Under the pieces are notes generated by a model. The model was not told the origin of the DNA. It was given only the letters and a program-made list of their open reading frames with translations, and searched no databases. DNA of 63,690 nucleotides, the filler included, from Choristocarpus tenellus KU-1152 (taxonomy: Eukaryota; Protista; Phaeophyceae), in NCBI GenBank assembly GCA_964200185.2. It is 8 parts of 8 records of this genome, joined end to end, with 100 filler letters (N's around TTAATTAATTAA, not from the genome) between each part and the next. Parts side by side here need not be neighbours in the genome. Positions count along the whole stretch, not along the records: positions 1 to 31,313 come from CAXNAD020000084.1; 7 more parts are not named here. The stretch is one strand, 5' to 3'. The translations under genes and the position numbers were made by a program. Below, in pieces: positions 1-12,100 of this stretch (position 1 is the stretch's first letter; each line of letters begins with the position of its first letter).

Positions 1-243
1 TGACATCTGAATCAGCATTACAGGAACCAAGGATAATGTCAACAGGTAAACGAGCTTGTCTTCCAAACAGAAAGAAAAACGGGGTTTCATGCAACTTTAC
101 ACTGAATGCTGTGTTATGGGCTAACTATACGAAAGGCAATAACGATGCCCAGCTATCCTCAGCAACAGATATATACATTGCTAGCATAGAATGCAACGTA
201 GCATGTACTCTTTCTAACACAGAATTTCCTTGGGGGTGATACG
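1..243 (-). mobile_element. Ty3/Gypsy integrase core, C-terminal half (pseudogenised)
   Basis: Minus strand reads YHPQGNSVLERVHATLHSMLAMYISVAEDSWASLLPFV*LAHNTAFSVKLHETPFFFLFGRQARLPVD. This carries the YHPQxNG..ER and W..LP...AxN...TPF motifs, with one in-frame stop. Confidence 0.9.
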
Positions 244-545
244 TGTTCGTAGATAGTGCTGCTGATACACGTAGACACCATCGGTGGATTAGATAATAGG
301 ATGGAGAGCCAGTGACAGATATATTATATGTACTGACTCATAGTGCTGATTGGTTATATCATGTTCAAGATACACTCTCTTCCTATACTTAAGATAAGTA
401 AATAAGTAATTCCTAGTAAATTAGTGTGGACGATTACAAACCCCACACTATAGTGTAATGATGGTAGTTAAGGCTAGAGTCTCACCCACGAGCTCAGTCA
501 GCGGAATCGAGACCACAAAGACCCTTGTAATATTAACCTTACTCA
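244..545. repeat. Possible LTR-like segment replacing the integrase N-terminus
   Basis: About 300 bp of non-coding TG...CA-bounded sequence where the integrase zinc finger and N-core should be. No TSD seen. Confidence 0.3.
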
Positions 546-2289
546 TCTATATCGAGCTGTTCTTTGTCCTTCATTAAAGCACCATAAAAGCCGCGGATCC
601 AGTGTGGGATAGTTCAACATCCTGCTCCTTGCGCAATTGCTCCTGGTCCACTGCCGGAAACACAGTATTGGAACTAGTAAATAGTTCACGATCACTTTGG
701 ACGGGCGTTGCTTGGTCAAGGTTAGAAGCAGATAACTAATATTCCTTTTGAACACGTATGGTAAATGCACGACTATCTTCAGGCACATTACGACAGATTG
801 GTGCCAGCATTGGAGCAACGGATTTCTCCTGTTCCTCAAACTTGAAAATACGAGATAGAGTATCAGGTATAACATTGAGCTTACCGGGCTTGTGAAATTA
901 TAAGCTTGAAGAGCAATAGCCCAAAGAGTAAGCATGTTACTGGTATCCTGCATTCTATACAAGTAACACAATGTGGCATGATCTGTGATGCAGGTAAAGT
1001 GTCTACCCCAAAGATACGGTCGCCAATGAGTGATAGCTGTAGCGACTGCATAACACTCGCTTAATGAATAGTGACGTTGAGCTTCATTATATTTCTTGCT
1101 AAGTCTACAATGATACCTAGGTCTGCAGGATTATCGGATCGAGGTTGTGCTAAAAAAACTCCAGCACCACTCTCACTGACATCAACATGGACGATGAATT
1201 CTTTGGTAAAGTCAGGGAATACGAGAACTGGGGCTGCAGTGAGTAATTGTTTTACTATAAAAAATGCCACATCCTGGTCCAATCCCCATTCTTTTTCCAC
1301 TCTCTTACTGACTGACACCTTTTTTAGTGAGATGAACTAATGGTTCGATTACTTTGGCTAAGTTGAGTATGAATTTACGCACAATATTAATCATACCTAG
1401 GACAGATCGAAGTTCTTTGATGGTGGTGGGTTTGGGTTATTCAGTGATTGCACGAACACGATCTTCACATATACGAATTCCTTCAGAAGATAAAATGTGA
1501 CCCAGGTAACGTACTTCTTTAGGTCCAAATTGGATCTTTGACGGTTTCAAGGTTAAAACTGCTGCTTGTAAAGCCTTGAATTGGTGTTCTAGTAAGTGTA
1601 GATGTCCTTCCCATGTGGGAGAACAAGAAATCAGATCATCCATGTAAACTAGTAACCCACTCAGTGGACCAAAATTTGCAAAGGCTAAGGACATGATTCT
1701 TTGAAATTGCCAAGGAGCATTTGATATCCCAAAAGGCATCCTCTTAAAAACATATTTGCCTCGGGATGTGACAAAAGCAGTTTTATCAATGTCTTCCTCA
1801 GCTACAGGAATCTGCCAATATGCAATCTGGATATTGATTGAACGTGGTATCTTTCAATGCATTTGTCTTATTGAAGGCTTGATGTAACTACTCTCTAGCT
1901 TTAATGAATAGAGGAGAATCAGTATTTGGAGCACTAGCAATGATTAGTATCTGATCAGAAATTGGGGTTAAGTCACCTATCACAAGATGCTTCTTGATAC
2001 GTACTTTCCGTGTTGTTGGATTTTCCATTTGAACAAATACTGATCTATTACTTGCTGACCAAGTACTGAGAGTGCGAGCAGCTACAATACGATTCCATGG
2101 GTGTGTAGTTTCAGTGGTCTGATCTACAGCTGGTATGGAGTGTATGACTGGCTCCACTACCACGGCAGTATGCAACGATGGGCTAGTATCAGTTGTGCAA
2201 CGTACGATGATTTCATGACCAGGTGGTATGTTAACCTGTGTGATCTCCGCAAAGTATTCCTCAGCGACACAATGGTGTGTTGAGCTCAA
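546..2289 (-). mobile_element. Ty3/Gypsy pol relic: pre-RT linker, reverse transcriptase, RNase H (frameshifts, stops, internal deletion)
   Basis: RT: AYWQIPVAEEDIDKTAFVTSRGKYVFKRMPFGISNAP..FQR..VYMDDL..LKPSK..YLGH (about 1437-1830). RNase H: LLTAAPVLVFPDFTKEFIVHVDVS..GAG..LAQ, then HFTCITDH and WAIALQAYNF (about 850-1320). Confidence 0.93.
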
Positions 2290-3660
2290 CTGGGCCTCCT
2301 CGCTAGGCTAATCATCAATCAACCTCATTTTCTTCATCAGCATGTCCAACTGGATGATAACAAGAGTACAGGTTGATGAAAAGTTTAGCATGGATCTTAA
2401 ATTGACTCCTTTCGCAATCCAGTCAAGTGTGAAATTGTTTTATTGTGCCTCAAATGCTTCAGACAGACAGATTGTAGATGCATTGAAGAAGTAGAAAGGT
2501 TGAGTGAGTCTTCCAAGCTCGAGGAGGGGAGAGACCTTGCCAACAAATCAATCCAATTCTGTGGATCGGAAATATCAAATCACGGATTTCTTAATGACGT
2601 ACTTCCCATTCATATTCCTGAACTCTTCCATATTCTAGTTCATTAATCCTATCTTCTGTTCTACAGAATGCAAACATGTTCTGCTCTATCATCTGTGTGT
2701 TTCCTACATACTGTAAACTGCTTTTACGTAAGAATAGAAACCCTGTTCTTAACGGAGGAGATGGGGACTCCAGTGATCGTTAACTTCAGCGTTTCAGGAA
2801 ATGGTGATGGTGAGCAGTATAGTAATGAACAAAATGTGAATGATAGTAGTGGTCAAGTTGTTGACTTTGCAGGAGGTTCTATTTCTGAAGGAGACTAGGG
2901 AAATGATGACCGTGGGCATGATATAGAAGGTGGACAAGGATGCGTTAGGGAAGAGGGACCAGTTTTGTTATCCGGTGACAAGTTCTTTGAAGCGGATGCT
3001 AAAAGTTCATTGTTCCAGACGGGGTTGAGAAGGATATGAAACACCCCAACAGCATAGGCATTCAGAATGAATACAGCCGTGTTGCAAGGGTCGTTTCACA
3101 GTATGGATTCAAGCAGGAGTAAGTTAGGATTTTAAAAGCTATTGTTGCCCAACCTCATAAGTGATTCGTGACCCTATACGTATGTTGAGTTCTTGTACAA
3201 TTTGAAATAGGGATTGATGGAGGGGCTGGAGGAGAAAACGTCCACATTGATCGCCCAAATTCTTGAAGAACCCTTTCAGTGATCGGCAATCTTCAAGACA
3301 CAATTTTTGGGAGAACCATACTCGAAAATCATCTACCTTCGCCTCTGATGGTACATGTCGACCAAGAAGTATGGCAACTTCAAAGGTCGAAATACGTTTC
3401 AAGAAGGGAATAAGTAGATTCACAAAGGTTCAGGACCTGTCGGGAAAAAAGGTTGTGGATGATTCTACTCTCCAACGACCTTGAAAAGGAGATTAGAACA
3501 AGTTTTTTCCTTTGGAAATATGATACACCATTCAAGAAGTTGCGCACAAATGTGTGCGAGATAGAGTTGAAGACATCCTCTTCCATTTCAAGAAAAACCT
3601 GTAGCATGTTGGACTACATAATGGATGAGATATGTTTGTAATCAACAGCGGAGAGGACCT
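2290..3660 (+). pseudogene. Very degenerate transposon-like ORF (3'-5' exonuclease tail, acidic linker, DPFH-like transposase region)
   Basis: Ordered fragments across frames: SNW..IDSF..VKLFY (about 2340-2445), acidic/Gly linker (2780-2960), AVLQGSFHSMD (about 3075-3110), CRPRSMATSKVEIRF..FTKVQDLSGKK (3355-3450), KKLRTNVCE (about 3535-3560). Recognised by eye only. Confidence 0.35.
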
Positions 3661-3913
3661 TTCTGAAGATTGAGGTGTTTTGCCCTCTACTATATCATTT
3701 CAATACTTTCCCATTGAGTATTTTCCTTCGTGTTAGATAAAAATTGTTGAACATCCTTCAAGAAAGAACCCCTATTTTGCGTTGTTAATTTCCAAGTTTC
3801 GACCCAACCCTTACCACCACCCTCTACATACACTACACAACTATCGCTCAAATATATACGAAACGAACCCTCCTCAAAAAAAGGAGTTGAAATCGTATAC
3901 TCTGGAGTACAGT

Positions 3914-4126
3914 GAGTCAAACACAGACAAACAGAAATGCAAAAAACTCTAGGGAAATATCGTCTATATGCCTGTAAATGATATATTTTGTACCTTTTTA
4001 ACGAAAAAATGCTCATAATTGCGTGCAGCCTCTTCTTTCCTGTATATTGACAAAAGGGAAAAAAATTGAAGATTTCAGGTAACCCCTTAAAATGCAACCT
4101 TGCCTATCAATCAATTTGTTTGAATC
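3914..4126. mobile_element. MITE, GAG-TIR clan, family D-like
   Basis: GAGTCAAAC...GTTTGAATC; flanks agt/act; right end resembles 45502-45638. Confidence 0.6.
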
Positions 4127-4219
4127 ACTGTCTTTTTCTAAATCAGACTGGACCTAGATCGTATATCCAATATCGACCAGTAAATACCCGTGGTACTAAT
4201 CCAAAAATATGTATATCCA

Positions 4220-4290
4220 ATATATTTTTATTATTATGCACTCTGACATTTTCCAGATGTGTAAGGGGGAAACCAATGCAAAATCAATTG
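4220..4290 (-). mobile_element. Extreme 3' end fragment of CRE-type LINE
   Basis: Matches 60120-60190 directly and 33950-34010 in reverse complement (ctgacattttccagatgtgt..ggggaaaccaatg). Confidence 0.6.
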
Positions 4291-4722
4291 TGGAAAGCAT
4301 GTTTGTCTGTTGTTATACCGTTATTGCCGTATCCCATATACCTTCATACCGTTATATCGTTGTACCGATTGAGGTTCCTTGTCAAGCATCCATGATTCCA
4401 CTGGCGGACCTTCCGTCAAAATGAAACCATGGAATCTCTTCACGTGACCAATTCCACAGACTTGGGATTGGTCGTCATTCAGAGTTGTCACACATTAAAG
4501 ATTCACTTGGTTCTCACGTCTTGACTTGTGGATATGAAGCCCCCTCTCTGAAGATGCTCATCACTCCTCAATTTTCCCTGCAAGTCCTTGCAGTCTTGTG
4601 TGCTAGCAACAGTATGCAGCGTCCATATACTTGCATGTGGTTGATACGTGTAAATACCATTTTAGAGTCAGTCTACTTGTTGGATTGATTAATCCATCGT
4701 GAGATTATATAGTTTGAGTCAA

Positions 4723-4975
4723 GAGTCAAAGAAAACGACAGGTACTCAAGTTTTGACCGATTTACTTTTATGTCTGTTTTGCATTTTTTTCAATTCACCC
4801 ACAATTGCATGGATGGAGTTCTAAGTTTGACCTAAAAGCGTCTACTACTCTATTATTTTAAATTTTCCGACACAACAAAAATAGTCCTATACATTCGAAA
4901 AAATAACCAAATCTTTAACATATTTGCCAGCATCCTTAAAATGCAACTCTAGGTCCCTCTCTTGTACTTTGACTC
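4723..4975. mobile_element. MITE, GAG-TIR clan, family C
   Basis: GAGTCAAAG...CTTTGACTC; TSD caa/caa; internal homology to 26900-27156 and 51895-52152. Confidence 0.85.
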
Positions 4976-5039
4976 CAAGTTCAGAGTATATTTCAAGGAC
5001 TACTCTGAAGTATTTCTGTACTTGGAAATTTGTGGTGGT

Positions 5040-5560
5040 AGGAGTCATGGTGATCGCTGATCCCTCTGCTTCAATTATTGACAAAATGTCGCCTCATGAT
5101 GGCAAACCTGATGCATTCTTCTAGTTGCAGTTTAGTGGCATAGTGCAGAGGTCCATTTGTGCTAAAATGTATCAGAGAGAGCTATCCCGTTCATACATCT
5201 CTCTCAAAAAAAGGAAACATACAGTATGAGTCCTCTACTACACACAATATTTGTTACTACAGCACAAACGTATGATGTAGCGCAAATTTGTCTGATGCAG
5301 GCAGGTCCTATCATTGTCACATTGTATCTGTTTTGTGAAATTTCTCCCATTTCATCTCTAATGGGAAGTAATCCCTTTAAGCATATAGCTTACCAGGACA
5401 ATAAATGTATGTACACCTTGGGGGATCTTTGTGCACAGTGCATCAGTGGAACCACCTTCATAAATGTATTACATCAAGGCTCCGCTTTGATTGAATAAGA
5501 TATACATCATATATCCCACAGCAGCAAGTCTGCAGCTAGTGTAATTGCACCTCGCTATCA
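5040..5560 (-). pseudogene. Possible KDZ-like transposase relic
   Basis: Ordered degenerate motifs across frames: TCCCGIYDV, QCDNDRTCLH, HF..C...NCN. Confidence 0.25.
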
Positions 5561-6063
5561 GAAGAGTAAGGCAGGCTCTCACTCATCTGCTTCATTGTAA
5601 ACAAACACAGATGGCTAATGAATGGACTCACATACAGGAATGCACTATCAGATTTGTTGGGCGTTCAATGAACATACCATTTCATACAAACTTCCCCACA
5701 AAATATGCCCCGGAGTTGGCATCCAACAAGGTGCAACGACACAGTGCAAGGACATAGCCCTTGAAAAAAATGAGGAGCAAGGGTACTAGAGTACCTGCTT
5801 GGTGCTGCTGCTACGTTTGAACCTGTAACACACCTGTAATGCCAATAATATAGCATCGTCCAATTCTCAAGCTGATAATCTTGTAAGCAAACGAACTCCA
5901 GCAAAGTGCAGACAGATGAAAAAGACAAAATAGACAAAAAAAAACGTGCATTCACCTCAATATTGTTACAACATAAATTGTTGAAACGACAATTTCATCA
6001 AGTGAACGAGCACTACCCACAACATCACTGATAGGGTAGCCCATAAGATAACGGCATCCTCTT

Positions 6064-6183
6064 CTATGGCGACAAGCCAAACTGTCTTGCGGCCTCCTCC
6101 CACAAGTTCAAGGGGAAGCGACGGGATAATACCATCCAACCTTGTGGTTGGCCATCATGCTTCATGGTGGACATGACCTTTGC
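6064..6183 (-). CDS. SCAPER: SCAPER-like terminal exon
   Basis: AKVMSTMKHDGQPQGWMVLSRRFPLNLWEEAARQFGLSP*; polypyrimidine tract and CAG acceptor. Confidence 0.9.
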   Translation of the reverse strand, partial: AKVMSTMKHDGQPQGWMVLSRRFPLNLWEEAARQFGLSP

Positions 6184-9100
6184 CTGATGGAGGTGGGAAG
6201 AGGAGGGGAAACGAGATTTACTAAAATTAAAGCAAGGTTTCAAATAGTGGCTCACACAAATATTTGCGCAAGTACTATACTTGCCATTGATGATATCTGT
6301 TATCCTTGTGAAGGAGTTATCATGTTCTAGACACAAAATACATATATTGGAGGTCATGATACAAGAGTAGGGCTCTACAACTGCACTGCACAAGGAAGGA
6401 TTTACACTAGGGTTCTATAACAGGCTTGCCTGTTTGACTCCCTCAAGATGTTGAATGTAGTCTTTCAAATGACGGTGGAGGTATGTTGCTAGTAGCTCTG
6501 CTGCCAAATCGTTCTCAAGAACTTCCCTGCAAGAAGTAGCAACAGTTTAATCAGAAATCAGAGGGGCACACAGGATTGGGTAGGGTAGCGAGGACTTTCA
6601 TCGGGCAGAGGAGTCCTACAGATTTGGCAGGCAAGAGACTTGTAAGAATTGTGCTTCCTTGCTTTAAAACGTACGTAAGGACATCCCGCATAGTGGCATA
6701 CATAGTTTGAACGCATGGATCAATATTTTTTACTGTCTGAACTGCACAGTGGACCAGGTGTGTACTGAGTCACGATTGGATAAGAGTCTTGCGTTGAGGA
6801 GTCAATACCCTCCCGCATGAGAGATGTTGAAACATAGATCATCCCACTGTATACTACTGTAGCAGTAGCAGAACCCAACAAACCACTGTCCAACAATTAT
6901 AATATACAGAACTACATTCTACATCAGGCAGATTCTGAATCATGATTTGACAAGAGTAACGTGTAGAAGGATTTACAACAGTATCAAAAAAGAAGACTTA
7001 GTTCCAACAAGCACTGATGCAGGCCCCTTGTTCTCTCGCCACTTCCATGTTGCCAGCTCTGATAATGGTTTCCCCCCTTGTTTTCTGTCCTGCATCTCTT
7101 GTATTTATGGGTTTTCAACCAAGGTAATATACACCTACAGGGTCACCCTTTTGAAGCAAAGTATCTTACAGGGTAGAGCCGCGTCCATTTGGGGGTCAAA
7201 ATCCAATGTCGCGATTTTGATATAATTCTGGCTATCGTGCATGTTAGGAAGTGTCAATATCAATGTTTCGGACACACCTTTTCATAACACATACGTTTTA
7301 TCTACTCCTAAACACTTTGGAGCAGGAAACTGTAAAAAAAGAAAAGGGAGGCCAAGCCCCAAGTGGACAAACAGGGCAAAACTAGTACCCTCTAAGATAC
7401 TTTCACTCTTTTGTTTCAAGTAGTCTTCTCCAAAGATGCAAGTCTCTCTCCTTATCATGATCACAATCCTTTCTCAGGGAACAAGATTATTCTCAGAGGC
7501 GATCATCTACATCAGCATCACCAGATTGTGAAACAAGGTTGGAGCAGCCTCTACTAAAGGACCACTACACCACAATCTCACAGGTTTTACTACCTTCAAA
7601 CACAGGAAGCGAAATAGGGTGGCTTAATGGGTGGAAATTTCCTATAAATCTCGGGATTCAAATAGACTGATATAAGAGGTTGGAGGGATGGTATGGTGGG
7701 TACAAAGGAACACTTCTAATGAAAGCTACAGATAATGGATTCTTAGTCATATCATACCAATAGCAAAAATCAGTCCCTATATGTTTCAATGCCTACAACA
7801 ACATAGCAAATATCCCACATTGCAATTGCAGGGTACATCCACAATATACTCACCACCTATTATCCAATGGTTACACCAAAATTTAGAGGGTGGGTAAATG
7901 TAAAGGTTACTGAAATGCTAGTGCTGACAAGCTGTGTACCGCACACAGGTCATTTATGAATGTTGAGGAACGCCATTCCAGTCACAGTTGGTCTCACTTT
8001 ACATGCACCTATCTCCATTTCTATTTAGCATGTATACATACAATAGTTTTCATTATCCTTATTATCATGTCCTCCATAATATGTACAGAAGATATATCTA
8101 ACACATCTCTTGCCACGTGACAAGACAGTAGGTAATTTGTCCCGTGAAACTGTTGATAGCAATCAAGACCTTACACAGACATTTTTCACAAAGATGACCA
8201 AGACCTGCACAAGTCTGGTTAATACAATGGTCACTGTTGAAAAAAGATGGATAAATCATATGCACGAATAATGCACTCCCAATCCAATACATACCGCATA
8301 TTTGTCTCACACAACTCACTGCTCTATCAAATATACAAATGATCTACTACCCTATGCAAAATATGTTCAATTCGATATAATGGAATTGACCACAGCACAG
8401 TTTATCAATGACCTAAGAATTCATAGTGCCTGACATTTTGAGAGGTTGCAATAAAAACAGCAGAAGAGATCACAGCAAGAAAGAGTTTCCTGGTCAAGAA
8501 TGTGATCGGGGCTCAATGAATATGCTCACTGATCCAATTAAAAAATCTCCCTCATCTACCCCTCACCTGTTCCGAATGTTATCAAAGCAAATGCTGATTA
8601 GGGTCGGGAACAGTACTTCCTGATAGGGTTGTTCTGAGAAGTACCTGCACAGCAACAATAAAACAGTTCCATGCAAGCACAAGAAAAGCAAGAAAAAAGT
8701 AAAAAAAAGTGGGAATTAAAGAAACCACATAGATGAATGTGACAAGCAAGAGTGAAGCAGCACTTACTACATTCAACCTGAAGGAATCCATAGTCTAGAT
8801 TGTGGTGACCAGGGTATTTGCAAGAACTGGTGAAATGAAGGCGATAGAGAGTCAGCACCAATGAGAATAACTCATGCTGCACCTTACCCTAGACGATGCC
8901 AGTACCTTATTGGAGAAGAACACACAAGGAAGAATAAATATATACATACATATATCGTCCTAGGTTTTTCCTGTGGCCTACAAATAGGATTGAGTTTTGA
9001 GATTGATCTTTAGCAGTGGGGATAAGTGCCAACAAAACCACACTACAATGTCTTAGCCAGGTGGCTCAGTGTCTTGGGTTACACTTTGGGTCCAGGGTCA

Positions 9101-12100
9101 GATCAATATGATCCCTGTCTCAAACATGCAGTAGTGGAATCCATGAACATGGATCTTGTACCAGAAAAATTAAAAATGTTATACTGCAATCTATATTGTA
9201 GGCCTTACATAGAATTACATAATGTTACTATTTGGAGAAATACTGAACCTTCCTCTTCACATGAAGAACAGCCCTAGTAGTAACCTGAAGGGAAGGTTGC
9301 AGAGCTGCACAAGGAGGGTTGGTGAATGCCCCCACTGCAGCACCTCCTGGTTTCTCGTAGAACCCAGAGCAAAGTATCCCAACAGCTGCACCAGCCCAGC
9401 TAGCCAGTCTTCCATCACTGCAATACCTTCTGACAGGCCCTTGCTAGACTTTGAACCACAACCCAGCACCTCCTGAAAATGATGGCATTGGAGAATCAAG
9501 GATGGGCAGTGCCACGCAGCAGTGGCACAGAACTTCTCTATCAATATCCACCACATCAACAACAGGGTCTTTTCTGGGTTGGGTTCAAGGTTGCCAATAG
9601 AAATTGAATCCCAAATATCTTGAACCCCAATCTTGAGCAATACCTCAATGTCAATGTATACAGGTGGAACCTATCAACACAATTAGATCACCCCAACCCG
9701 AATTTTGAGAGCTCTATTAGAGCACATCTTTCACTGGATATTGTCTGCACCACATGATGACGTTGAGAGGATACTGACAGGGCAGGTAGGGACTCACTCC
9801 AGCACATCCAAACTTGAGTGACATTCTCTACACCTATCTCCAACCCTAAACCTAACTCATACTCACAGTAGTGACTTAGAGCAGAGCACTGCACACTGCA
9901 CAACAAAGCCAATGGCATCACACAGGTGTTAGATCTCAGCAAGTACTAACTCACAGCCATGAGCAGCAAAATACAGCAGAGGTACCGTTCGAAATTCCTC
10001 TTGGTTTACACTTACTACGTGAGTAGTACAAAACAACCTAATTATGTCTTTTTCCTGTAGCCAATCCCATACCCTCACCCTCTCTTGTACAAAATTATTA
10101 CTCCCAAAGCTGCCCTAACCAAGGCCTAATACCTGTAAAGATAACCTGTGAACAATGGAAGTCAAAAGACGGTCACACAAGTACGTGAACTCCGACCTGA
10201 CGCCTTCCCTCGAAAGAGCTTCCTGTTTGAAGTCAATCAAATCAACGGGACATGAGAAACAGATTTCGTGATAAAATGTTTGAGTTTTGGAATACAACAT
10301 AAGCACCAACAAGTTAACATGGTGGTTTCAAACTAATGAGCGACAATATATCTACCCCAAGAGCAAAAGAGGCAATGGGTAGAAAGTACAAAATAGTCAA
10401 GGATCATACCATGATTTTAGGAACCACAGTGAGAGAATGAGGAAAAGGGGCCTGAGTATAGATAGGTGTTGAAACCAAGAGACAAGAGCTAGGTATTCAA
10501 GATGGCACCAAGCAAAGGTTTAGTTATACCAAACCCAAACTAAGCATATGTCAATAAGGCAATTGAGGGTCTAGTGTCACAGAATGAATGGTCTATCCAT
10601 TTATTACATTATTGTATCACAAGAAAACATGTCAGGGATGAGAAGAAAAATGAAGGATATCAAGAGGAAAGGTGATAGCTGCAGAAGCAATCTTCTAACC
10701 AGCAGTGGAAGGGACCTTCAACACTATGACATAGAGAGTAATGCCAACATTAGCATTGCAGAAGGAACTACTAGGTAGGCATATGGTCTTAACTATTGAA
10801 ATTCTTGCTCAACTTGAAAAGGGAATGCATGAGGTGAGAGCAGGGATCTAGAGGCATCTAAAGGTATGAGTGGGAAATTTAATTTGATAGGTAGTGCATG
10901 GTACGAAGCTATTACAGATGTTCTAAGAATGTTGAAAAGGGATGAAAACCACCAAATACTGGGGAAAAAGTGATAACATAAGGTTTTACACGAAGCATAC
11001 ACTGGCAGAGTGAGTATCTTAAGGCGCTTGTGTGGGTATGGGTGGTACTGTTGGATGTCATATACGACTTGAGAAACCTAGCATTTACTGTTGGTTTAGC
11101 ATTGAAGTTTTTTTAAGAATCTGAGCATTGAAGTTTTTTTAAGAATCTGAGCATTGAAGTCATGAAAAACAAAGACAGCACAGATATTTGATGCATTCTG
11201 CTAATGGAAGACACAGCATAATATTTATGTTGCTGCGTGGGACTGGCCTTCCATTCCTTGCAATTCAATATGTTTGGGCCACTTGACCAATTTAAGAATT
11301 GAAGGTTTTGAACTCACACAGGCTCAAGACCCCTGCTGTTGTATGACAAGGCTGGATCAGAATGTGGGACTTGCGTTTACATTCCTTCAAATCTCTAAGG
11401 CTGCCATATGTCCATCTACCACTTGAAGCACATCCTTCTCCTGCTCTTCATCGTTCTCTTCTACATCCTTCTCAATCTTTAACACTCCTCCCTAAGTTTG
11501 CTCTCTTTATCCTCCTCAGCCGTCTTCAGCTTCAAATTCATCTATGCAATTTTGATAGGTTCACTCAAGGCTAGGACCACAGACTTCTTTCCTTTCTGCA
11601 CATTTGGCTGCTTGCCCACATTAGTCTTGAGCTTTAACCTACCCATGATCCAGCCTATCGCAAATTGCCCTAAACCCCAATTGTGATACCCTTGTGCAGA
11701 AGCACATGTCTTGCGAATGACTTTGAACAGTAGAAAAATCCCTAGTAGACATGATTTTAAGGTTCCCTAGTACCACATGTATGAAAAATTGCTTCATCAG
11801 ATGTCATCAGGTCAAGATTATGGTGTGCTCAATTTGATAAAACAAATGGGTCAACTTCTAGGTGCCAAGGTGCAACTGCTAGATCTCCCCTGCAGACAAT
11901 AAATTCAACTTTGGAAACCAGGATCCCGATATTTGCAATGTACCACATAGCATCGATAGATGTTGAGGACTTTCCTAGTGATGCAATGAAGAGCAACATA
12001 CAAATGAATACGTAAAACTGAGCCTTGATACCTAAATATTAGTTTCTTCCATAAAAGTATTACTACCACTAAATTCATCCATTGAATGATAACTCCGGAG

